From Octopus sinensis (lineage: Eukaryota): 64,000 nt of DNA. Of this stretch, positions 53,470 to 64,000 are shown in pieces (within the stretch, counting starts at the first letter, position 1; each line of letters opens with the position of its first letter). The position numbers and the translations under genes were made by a program. The notes below the pieces were generated by a model. The model was given only the letters and a program-made list of their open reading frames with translations, did not search any database and had not been told where the DNA came from. Where the stretch lies: the NCBI RefSeq assembly GCF_006345805.1, contig NC_042998.1:200384001-200448000 (forward strand). Direction: 5' to 3'.

Positions 53470-54189
53470 GGTTTGTCTCTTGATGTGGGCAGTACTCTTT
53501 TGGATTTCTCTGAGACATTGTTCTCCTGGGATGTTATCAAAATGTTTCTGGCATCCCTTTCTTATCATACCTAAGGCACCCCTTTAAATTCTCCCTTTAA
53601 GCTCTCCCTTTAAATTGCTACGTCTTGTGTATTTCAATTTCCAAGTCCTTTTGTTTACTTAATTTGTCAAATTCCTTCACAAATATATTTTTATCAGTGG
53701 GAACACTTACACCTATTAGTTTACAAGTATTTTCTTCTCCGTTTTTAATGACTATGTCTAGTCGATTAGCCTGGATCTTTTTGTCGGTGTTCACTGGCAA
53801 ATCCCAGAGCCTAGTGAAATTTTTTACCTTCAACGACTGACTCAGGTTGGTGTTTATACCAGTATGCAGGCGTGCTGATTTTGCAGTTTTTACATATTTC
53901 TCAATGTAAATACTGCCTACCCTATCGTGCCGATTTTATATTCGTTTGCTGTCACAAAAGGACGTCCCGAGACAAGATGGTATATCGTTTCCTCAAATTT
54001 AACCCAGCTAATTTCTTCTTCTTCTTCTTCTTCTTCTTCTTCTTCTTCTTCTTCTTCTTCTTCTTCTTCTTCTTCTTCTTCGTCTTCTTCTTCGTCTTCT
54101 GCTTCTTCTCCTTCCTCTTCTTCCTCTTCTTCTCCTTCTCCTTCTTCTTCTTCTTCTTCTTCTTCTTATTCTTCTTCTTATTATTATTA

Positions 54190-54220
<31 letters not shown>

Positions 54221-54395
54221 TTATTATTGGGAGTGACCTCCCCAAGATGTCAATTTAAGCTGCCGATATTTTAGTGATTGCTTCAACTTATCCTTATTGG
54301 CCATACAAAAGAATTTTTTCGAATGCAGTCATCTTTCATTCAAACAACATCTCTTATCCGTCTGTACTGAATTCTCAGCAGTATGTTTTGGATAC
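53470..54395 (-). mobile_element. R4/Dong-like C-terminal fragment with restriction-like endonuclease domain
   Basis: ETIYHLVSG...HDRVG..., LWDLPVNTDKKIQANRLDIVIK...VSVPTDKNI..KE.DKLSK.KDLEIEI and GALGMIRKG; split by a (TTC)n(TTA)n run. Confidence 0.85.
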
Positions 54396-54399
54396 TGGA

Positions 54400-54600
54400 T
54401 ACTGAAGGCGGCGAGCAGTATTTCGTCTGCCGTTACGTTCTGAGTTAAAATTCCGCCGAGGTCGACTTTGCCTTTCATCCTTTCGGGGTCGATTAAATAA
54501 GTACCAGTTACGCACTGGGGTCGATGTATTTGACGTAATCCCTTTGTCTGTCCTTGTTTGTCCCCTCCATGTTTAGCCCCCTGTGGGCAATAAAGAAATA
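54400..54600 (+). mobile_element. SINE S2 with head deletion
   Basis: Matches 55911-56145; short gatactgga duplication at both flanks. Confidence 0.88.
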
Positions 54601-55089
54601 GATACTGGAGATATCACATTTTTCCCAAGATGATATAATTTTATGTTGCATATATTGCGCATAGAGCACATGGGGAAGGTTTCAATTTTCTTTATATGCC
54701 TGTCGTAGGGAGTCCATGTTTCTCTGCCCCATACAAAGGAGACTGGTACCCTGTTCATCCCCCAGAATATGTGTCATGATACATCAAAACAATTTAAGTT
54801 GAAGGAACAGAATGATAAAACGATTTCATATAGCCATAAAGAGATACATTTGCTGAATCCCAGGAAAATCGAAATTATTAGTGTCTCCATTGTGACTCCA
54901 TAGCAACATTCACATGTGGACTCAGATTACATTCACACATCCATCGCTAATGGATTCAGCTTCTTTTGATATTGTCTCTTTTTCCCCACCTTTCTTTCTC
55001 TTTTCTTTAAATCTCCTTCAAACACTACGTCAAAATCATAATTCTCCCCGTCCTCCTAGTCCTCCTCGTCGTCGTCCTCCTCTTCCATC

Positions 55090-55094
55090 TCCCT

Positions 55095-55127
<33 letters not shown>

Positions 55128-55188
55128 GTCGTCGTCGTAGTCGTCATCATCATCATCATCATCATCATCGTCGTCGTCGTCGTCGTCG

Positions 55189-55220
<32 letters not shown>

Positions 55221-55286
55221 TTCATCATCATCATCGTCATCGTCATCGTCACCATCATCATCATCATCATCATGATCATCATCATT

Positions 55287-55331
<45 letters not shown>

Positions 55332-55436
55332 GTCATCATCATCATCATCATCGTCATCATCATCATCGTCTATATCCTCATAATCATCCTCCCCATCACC
55401 ACCATCATCATCATCATCCTCATAATCATCCTCATG

Positions 55437-55472
<36 letters not shown>

Positions 55473-55473
55473 G

Positions 55474-55504
<31 letters not shown>

Positions 55505-55530
55505 TATCATCATCATCATCATTACTATTA
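55090..55530. repeat. (CAT)n/(CGT)n trinucleotide array
   Basis: Direct reading. Confidence 0.97.
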
Positions 55531-55910
55531 GTATTGTTGTTGTTCTTGTTATTATTGATTTCAAATTTTGGTACATGTCTAGTTAGACTGGGGATGAGTT
55601 GCTATGTTATGTAACACTTAACAATCATTCAGTTTTTTATACATATATGTACATAAATATGTGTGTGTGTTTCGCTGTGTGCAGCTGATTTGAAAATTCT
55701 GTGCTATTTCCCGGTCGGTCTTTCACTCAATATGTGTGAAGTGGCGACGTGGTTAATGCTTTTTAGCTCACAATCACTAGATCGTGGATTCTGTTTCTGA
55801 TTATACACTAAGATGTATGATTGAGCAAATATAGTAATTAATGTTCCCCCATTGAAATCAACTGAAAATTTATACCTTTGACTTATACAATTGTTATATT
55901 TTCAATGTTC

Positions 55911-56145
55911 AAAAGGCGGCGAGCTGGCAGAAACGTTAGCACGCCGGGCGAAATGCGTAACCGAATTTCGTCTGCCGTTACGTTCCGAGTTCAAATTCCG
56001 CCGAGGTCGACTTTACCTTTCATCCTTCCGGGGTCAATAAATTAAGTACCAGTTACGCACTGGGGTCGATGTAATCGACTTAATCCCTTTATCTGTCCTT
56101 GTTTGTCTCCTCTGTGTTTAGCCCCTTGTGGGTAGTAAAGAAATA
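55911..56145 (+). mobile_element. Full-length SINE S2, 16-bp TSD
   Basis: TSD tatattttcaatgttc at 55895-55910 and 56146-56161; A/B-box-like head. Confidence 0.92.
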
Positions 56146-57228
56146 TATATTTTCAATGTTCTTCTGGGTGCAGTGCTCGAAATGTGTCTACGTGTGTTCA
56201 CATTTACATAAGTACTTAGAATAGTAGAAGCCTACTACACATCAGGTGATATTCGCCAGCTAGTGACGGGTAATCACTCACACAAACCTCTATGACGATG
56301 TAATTAATTGCGTGAGTCTGAAATATTTTCTGATCAAAATATTATCACTTCATCAAAATATTTTTCGAAACTTTTCGTGCTATGCGGTTATTTCGCGTAT
56401 GTGATTAATACTTTAATTCTATTTGGACAGCAAATATATTTTCAATTTAAAAGAAAAATATCTTATATGATTTATATATTTTTTTGTTTTCTCGCTGTTT
56501 ATTGAATATTTATTAATGTACGTTGCAATGGAAATAAATAGCTGACAACCTTGTTTAACCTCAATCTTCACTAAGCACTGGATTAATCTGTTTACATTCA
56601 TATTTGGAATTACATTTACTTCCTGTCCAGGAAATTCTTGGTAAACTAATTCACATTCTTCTCTTGCACACATGCATTTAGAAATACTGGCTACTTGTAA
56701 AATACGCAAAGGTATAAAAGTATGTTCGAAAAACATATGAAGGGCGATCGCAGTATCTAACTGGTACATCGGCATTTATTTTATCGACTCCGGTATGATG
56801 GAGAGCATCATAAACAACCGATTCGATTAACAGTGTAAAAGTAAAGGATATTCAGACAACATATTTTCCAACTTCTAATAGATCTTCAAAATGCACATTT
56901 TGAAGGATAAGAGATGTTACAGTAAAACTGGAACATATTTTGTTAAACCAAGAATAGAAAGGAATCAGGGATGTGAACGTCAACGCCTCCATCGTGTTCT
57001 GATTGATATTTAACAGTTTGCTTACGCTTAAACGCTTTCGAAATGTAAACTAACTTCAATTATCCCATTAAAATGAATGTGTGACATTATATATTTGGAA
57101 CATACATAAGGCATTTAAACCAGGCACGAGGCATGAAGGACCCTGCAGCACCTTGCATATGAGCTGTAGGTATATATGGGCGCATCTTTCTACTTATGTA
57201 TGTATTTCTGTTTCTTTATTAAATTCTG

Positions 57229-57261
<33 letters not shown>

Positions 57262-57278
57262 CCCTCTCTCTCTCTTTC

Positions 57279-57328
<50 letters not shown>

Positions 57329-57449
57329 ATAATATATATATATATTATATATATATATATATATAAAATTAATTAAGGGTAGAAAATTGATATTTATCAA
57401 TTAAGACCTGGTCTAGCATATTAAAAAAGAATCCGAAGATTAAATATTT

Positions 57450-57660
57450 ATATATACCAATTAAGGACTGAACACGAAAAGTGGACAGTCAACATGCTAG
57501 ATATAGACGTCAAATCGCCATTCTCCAAAAATAGATTATGTTCTCAGATCAAACTCAGCACAAAACCATAGCAATAAACATGTGGAGAATGGCGATTTGA
57601 CGTCTATATCTAGCATGTTGACTGTCCACTTTTCGTGTTCAGTCCTTAATTGGTATATAT
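57450..57660. repeat. Foldback with perfect 78-bp arms (57450-57527 / 57583-57660)
   Basis: Exact reverse complement by eye; homologous to 3770-3830. Confidence 0.95.
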
Positions 57661-57724
57661 ATATAGAGAGGGAGAGAGAGTGAGAGAGAGAGAGAGAGTG
57701 AGAGAGAGAGAGAGTGGGGGGAAG

Positions 57725-58020
57725 ACAGACATTGTATGCGCATAAGCCCCGTACATTGGACGATTTGCAGGAAGCTATTCCCATGGAAGTCACCCAGATT
57801 GATAGAACAATGCTCGACAGACTAGAGGCCAACTTCCAAAAGCCCCTTCAGAAATGCCTCAATGAAAATGGACACCACATGATAAATGTTGTTTTCTATA
57901 CTTTATTTTGACAAATGTTAATTCAATACAAACACGTTGATGTCTATAAAATTTGTTTTAAGTTAAAATAAATGATTTTGTGAATTTTTCAAAAACGTCC
58001 GTCCTCTCTGCTCCATCCTG
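57725..58020 (+). mobile_element. Tc1/mariner 3' end
   Basis: YAHKPRTLDDLQEAI...RLEANFQK.LQKCLNENGHHM followed by a TIR-like end ...catcctg TA. Confidence 0.7.
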
Positions 58021-58994
58021 TATATGAATTTATGTGTACATATATATAATCATATATAACTTTACACCTGTATACACGTGAGAGTGTATGTCACTTTGAC
58101 TTTGACCGACCAGTCCGTCAGGCGTCCATTTGACACCGCTGGTCACAGCACGCTGACCACTCCTCTCTGGATCGCGCCTTTCTCATCCACGTGATCCCAA
58201 TCGTCCTCTTGATAACAATAAGAGCTACGCAATGCGCTTGATGAAGAATCAGTTCCTAGCTACATCTCTACGAATTATGTGAGACCTTTAACAATATACA
58301 GCTAGTCCATCTCAGCACTGCCCTATTTTTCAAAATACACACATGCATACACATACATACACATAAACACACATAAACATATGCACATACACTCTCTCTC
58401 TCTTCTTTTGAAAAATAGGGCATTGCGTATCGCTTATTGTGATCAAGAAGCACAATAATCTTCTGGGTGTTATTAGTAATCATAAGACATAAATAAAAAC
58501 GTCGTTTTGGCATATACAGTTATGCATATATAGTTATGCACACTATGTAGCACCAGTGCTGAATCATCTGAATAACAACTGTTTAATTGTGCAGAGAACT
58601 AACTCTAACAGGTTACAATTATTGACCGAATGCAGGAGTAACACCATAAATCGATGCACATTTAGTTATTATAGGATATTGATTTCATATCCTGCCATAG
58701 CTACAAAGAGATTTTTGCAGTGATTTTAACCCATCCTCCCCCACCGAAAATTCTTATCTAGGAAAGCTGGAAGTAAAAAAATATTTCGCTACATCTCTCA
58801 TTTTCTTCTTTTCTTTTTAGAAATATTTCATGAAGGATCATAATTCTCAGCGTGGCATCAGTTCAATGACTGAAGTAAAAGAAAATCTTGTAACACTATT
58901 TTTTTTTTTTTGGCATTAACAGCCATACCTGTATTATATTCGTCCTCCAGGTGAGACAGTATATCTGGCAAATCAGATTAGATACATTGCCTTA

Positions 58995-59402
58995 TACTCT
59001 CTTTACTCTTTACTCTTTTACTTTTTTCAGTCATTTGACTGCGGCCATGCTGGAGCACCGCCTTTAGTCGAGCAAATCGACCCCGGTACTTATTCTTTTG
59101 TTAGCCCAGTACTTATTCTATCGGTCTCTTTTGCCGAACCGCTAAGTGACGGGACGTAAACACACCAGCATCGGTTGTCAAGCAATGCTAGGGGGACAAA
59201 CACAGACACACATACACTCATATATGTATACATATATACGACGGGCTTCTTTCAGTTTCTGTCTACCAAATCCACTCACAGGGCTTTGGTCAGCCCGAGG
59301 CTATAGTAGAAGACACTAGCCCAAGGTGCCACGCAGTGGAACTGAACCCGGAACCATGTGGTTGGTAAACAAGCTACTTACCACACAGCCACTCCTGCGC
59401 CT
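58995..59402 (-). mobile_element. Full-length SINE S1
   Basis: Reverse complement of the 46175-46598 type. Confidence 0.92.
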
Positions 59403-60197
59403 GGAAGATCTCGTGGAAGATTATATGGAAGATCTCGTGCAGCTATAGTTATCAAAAGTGGGTGGAACTAATTTAGTTCAACTATAGCAACCAACTCATT
59501 GGAATAATATAGATGTGAAATAAGAAAGAAAGTAAAATTGTAAATTAGTAGCAGATCGTTTGAGATTAGTGTCTGGTGATATTTCTTTCGTCTTTCTGTA
59601 ATTTGAGTGGAACTTTGCCTTTAATGTTTACAGGACCACTAAACAAAGTACCATTCTGTTACAGGCTTCATCTCTTTTTTTAATTTTCAGCGATGCCCCT
59701 GCGTTTGGAAGGTCAAACATCGTTTCGTCGTGTTACACTGATTCTACGGAGGGTTTACAGTTATAGATATATTCACACACGTAGACACACAGAGACACAC
59801 AGACACAGACACATACGTATATACATATATATGAATACATATATACATATATGCATGTATACATTTAATATATTGGACTAATGCGTATATGTACATTAGT
59901 GTGTTGATCTACGTGGTGTTATCTGCAACCGGTTAAATTTCCAGTGGATTTACTTCAGGAACGCCACAGTGTTAGTTCAGATAATGATAATGATTTTTTA
60001 AGTAACCAGAAGATAGATTTGGTATTAATCTTTATTTAGATCACCCTCGCTTTGATCTATATTGCTACTGTCCCTTATTGGTTGAACTCCTTTCAACATG
60101 TTGTGTTGCTTCCATTTTGAGCTTCATCATGTACATCCATACATAAATATGTGTCTCGCTAAAGATCCTGAGTTTTGGCTGTCATGTTATTATACGC

Positions 60198-60300
60198 TCG
60201 TCCGATGAGGCCCAGAGTGCACAATGGATGTAACACAACATATTGAACGGAGTCCCACCCATAAGGGACAATGATGTGATGGGTCGAAACGACCGTTGCG
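60198..60300 (+). ncRNA. Degenerate type I hammerhead (U4 to C) with 67-nt loop II
   Basis: CCGAUGA 60202-60208, stem II GGCCC/GGGUC, GAAAC, stem III ACGACCGU, U17, 3-bp stem I. Confidence 0.55.
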
Positions 60301-60802
60301 CAAAATTACTTAAGAAATTATATATATATATCAATTTTTTTTCTGCAATGAGATTAAAATAACCAAGGCTGTGTTGATTTTAGAACAGTTATAAATATCT
60401 TTTGCAGCTGTTTCTAGGATGTTTATTATGTTTCTTCATAGGAGACTTGTGAGAAGTTGGTTAAGCAATAGTTAATTTAGATAAGATACGAAATCGAGAG
60501 TGAGGTGGAGGAATGAAAATAGATGTGAGATATGCAGGGATATTGCATTTGTAGATCCACTATTTAGGCAGGCTGGTATACATATAAAATTGTAATACCT
60601 TATGAGTAAAATCTAATAGTATTTAAAATCAGTCATTCCAAGAATAGTGTTTATACACAGTGTTGAATCAAGGCTTTTATTTAAAGTGACCTATATACAT
60701 ATCCATACATGCATGCATATATTACGCTCGCTCTGATACCATGAGTTGAGTTGATGTCTTCTAGTGCCTCCAAATTTGATACACAATCATTTATGATTGT
60801 AG

Positions 60803-60901
60803 AGTCCTACGCTGAGGAGAAAAGTAGTCGGGTAAGACATAATTATTTAATTTTTATGCTTTCCTACGACTTAATTTCGAAACGTACGTCCGTAGGTGAC
60901 T
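60803..60901 (+). ncRNA. Type I hammerhead ribozyme, intact core
   Basis: Stem I CCUACG/CGUAGG plus AGU/ACU beyond a UG bulge; core CUGAGGA 60812-60818; long stem II (GAAA/UUUC, AGUCG/CGACU, CAUAA/UUAUG); GAAA 60879-60882; palindromic ACGUACGU; GUC, cleavage after 60890. Confidence 0.87.
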
Positions 60902-61082
60902 TAATATAGAATGATTGTCGTCATTTCTTTCTCTTTTACCTGCGTTGTTTGCCTTTTAAGTGCTGTGGTTTTACTGTGATCTTTCTTTTAAGTAGAAAGA
61001 ATAGCCATAAATCCATGACTGCTATTTCTAAATTCGGTGTGTGGTGAGGCAAATCGTTGCTAAACCCTTAATTACTTAGTAT

Positions 61083-61117
<35 letters not shown>

Positions 61118-61479
61118 CATAATAAACAATATTAGGGTAATAAGAATTAAAGAAATTCTTATTATCAGTGGCCTAGCACAAACAACATAGTCAATAGACT
61201 AAGTATCATTCACATAAAAATATCGTGTACATTAGAACACATTAAGAGGCTTCCAAATAGGAAAGCCTTGTGCTAGAAAGAGCAGTAGAAAACTCAAACC
61301 ACTAATTATGGATACATTCTCGAAAGGATTGAAAATTAATAACGTTTACCATCTAATTTAGTTCCTAGACCATTGTTTCTAACTCATTCCAGTAAAAAAA
61401 TATTTACTGAGGCTAGTTTTCATCAGTAGGGAGCCTTTAGATTTCCAATATACACACAACTAGATTCGCATGTAAACTA

Positions 61480-62030
61480 GTTGCCTGTATATCCTAATTT
61501 TTCAAACTTACTAATCATTGCTGAAAGTAATGAATTAAAAGATATAACCAAGGCTCGAGCTATGGCTCTTAGTAAAAGACAGCCTAAAAGCTTAAAAAGA
61601 TTATTAACAAAGCAATGTTTGACCTTAGGAACAAAGACCAATCATTCACGGTATCTAAATGATAGCCGTTGTGGCACATGCCAATTCATGCATACCGGCC
61701 AATACATGAACACAAAAGGGAAGGAAAATATTCACGAACGCATACGTGAGCAACAAAAGCAGAAATTTAATTCACTGCATGAAACAGCCAAATTGCGAAG
61801 AACTACATGTGGGTCAGATCTGAAATGTACTATCAGAACCTTCACGTGCGCACCGGCAGCAAATTAGAGACCCGGATGTACGTCAGATACTTTTGAGTAA
61901 CCATCTAGCAACATGTGGTCTGAAAATGTTTGAAATTTTCCATTGCACTAACTACACAGTCCAAGTGAAATCGAGTGAACAATTATAGAAAAAAACGTTA
62001 TTGATAAACTCCAACCCAAGCTGAATAAAC
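61480..62030 (+). mobile_element. Penelope-like element remnant (zinc-binding linker plus GIY-YIG endonuclease)
   Basis: SKRQPKSLKRLLTK, SRCGTCQFMHTG, CEELHVGQ...HRQQIRDPDVRQILLSNHL and IDKLQPKLN across broken frames. Confidence 0.8.
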
Positions 62031-62773
62031 AATGATAATAATAATACTTAGAGGTACTATTTTTATTGTTACGACCACAACCACTAGCAACAATACTAAA
62101 GGTGCTCGTGATGGCGATAGCAGGAAAATACTAGCTAAGTCAAGAGAAAAGTCAGTAAAAATAATCTTATTTGGGGTTTAAAGTTCTATTATCACAGCTA
62201 CTCATACCACAACCACCACCACCAACTACAACAACAACAATAATAACAACTACAACTGTTATTAAAACAACAACAGCAACAACTTTATTAAAGGTGATGA
62301 TAATGACGACGATAATTGAAATGTAAAAATCCCTGGGAAATGTTTACAACATTTCAAAAACTAGCAAAACAATTTCTACTTTGGCCAGGGTCAAAATACA
62401 GGCCTCTTGACATGATCAACAAACCGTGACGCCTAAACGAAATCCCAATCAACTTAAGTAATATAGTGAAGCCAGTCACCGATTGGTCAGAATGCAGTTG
62501 GCAAAACTTAACATTCTGGAGCCTATACAAATGCATTTAAGGCACGCATTATAGCCGCCTCACTATATGAACCTTAAGATTGCAGATATGAACCTTAAGA
62601 TTGCATGAAAGTACTAGTTCAACCACAATGAACATTTAATATTGCAACATTTCATAATATTTTATTATCTTATATCATTATGAGATTGTAAATAAAACGT
62701 AAAGATCAAAGTTGGAATTCCTTTGATTAAGAGATTCTTCTATACACAATCATACACACCTATGTATATATAT

Positions 62774-62863
<90 letters not shown>

Positions 62864-62875
62864 TATTATATATAT

Positions 62876-62930
<55 letters not shown>

Positions 62931-63079
62931 GTGTGTGTGTGTGTGTAACGTAACAGTTTAAAAGAAAAAAATTGGTTTCATATCTAGCGTGAACTAGACA
63001 TCTCTTTAGTTTCTCTAAACAAAAAACCTTCACTGCAAAGAATGTTTATTTTTTAAAACACAAGAACGCCGCTGATATT

Positions 63080-63600
63080 TCAATAAATATTCGATTTTTC
63101 AACGCAGTGCCTCCTGCTTACAATGAAGCGATAGCGACCAGCGGGTTCAAGGACCATATAGTATATACACCAGGATTGCGTAACCATAAAATGGAACGTC
63201 ACAGCAAGATCTTATGGTTAGCTTCCCACTTCTCCCTAAACGTCTGGACATGCGTATGTTAGATTTTTCTTAGATTGGTTGATAAGCATTTCACGCGATA
63301 ACACAAATATAGAAAGATTTTTGACGGGCTTTATTTAAGAATCTTTTTCAGATGTGCTCCCAATTTTAAGAAAAAATTACTTAGCACTCCTATACCACAG
63401 ACAGAGGCGGGTTGTTCATGTAGGATTAGAACTGAATGTCCATTTGACGGCCGATGTAACATCGAGGCTACAGTGTACCAAGCGAAGGTGGCCTCAAACA
63501 GAAACGGCACAAATATCAGTAACATCAATGCCAAAACAGGGACATACACTAAAATTTATGTCGGATCTTTTGTCTGTGTGTTTGTGTGCGTGTGGACATA
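63080..63600 (+). mobile_element. Penelope-like element remnant of a second lineage
   Basis: PPAYNEAIATSGF, FLRLVDKHF...KIF, CSCRIRTECPFDGRC...VYQAKV...IYVG. Confidence 0.75.
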
Positions 63601-64000
63601 TTTCACTGAAGCATTGCCATACTAATAACTTGGTGTAAAATTTGTTATACGCATGCTTCTAAACGAAGCGTCAGTGGAGTATAGGGCAGTAATAAGAAAG
63701 TAGACAACAAAGGATTAAGCGATTTTCTAATGAACCTCATTAGCTTACGGCTGTTTCCACACTACATTCCTAAGTTGACTAACATCGACTAACATCGTAT
63801 AGTTACCTTAGAACGTGAAACAATACGTAACTTAGTGACGAATCTATGAATCTACAGTGGAAACAACTGTAAGTTAATGAAGTTCATAACACAATCGGTT
63901 ATTCATCTCATCTCTCTTTTTTACATATCTCTTTGTGCGTGTATACACACATACACATATTTATATAAACACCTATACATAGACACGCAAGCAAATAAAT

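Noticed and set aside
54914-55531. 205-aa His-rich ORF
   Set aside because: It is the translation of a (CAT)n/(CGT)n microsatellite. There are no GHG-type repeats or splice context, and other frames give poly-I or poly-M.
62566-62606. 21-bp direct tandem duplication (similar ones near 16120, 32950 and 63775)
   Set aside because: Ordinary slippage duplications with no further structure.

Overview
This is an AT-rich, microsatellite-saturated animal genomic window. The SINE types and repeat landscape suggest an octopus or other coleoid cephalopod (inference). I found no host protein-coding exon, rRNA, functional tRNA or CRISPR array. Nearly all ORF-track entries are microsatellite artefacts or antisense readings of transposons. 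Identifiable content is decayed mobile DNA: Tc1/mariner, hAT-type MITE, Helitron, CR1, RTE, R4/Dong-like, Penelope-like (GIY-YIG) fragments and several modular tRNA-derived SINE families. The strongest unexplained signal is a set of type I hammerhead ribozymes folded by hand. Four have complete catalytic cores (339-431 minus, 528-620 plus, 17243-17341 plus, 60803-60901 plus), and at least four more are point-mutated. They share palindromic stem III, most have a long stem II insert, and two show compensatory base changes. Many sit in foldback (inverted-repeat) elements, including a head-to-head pair of tRNA-promoter/hammerhead units. Together they look like non-autonomous, retrozyme-like retroelements, probably mobilised by Penelope-like elements. 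A second highlight is a 2.2-kb retroposon carrying only ORF1 (CCHC gag-like, no RT), inserted into a SINE with a 13-bp target-site duplication.
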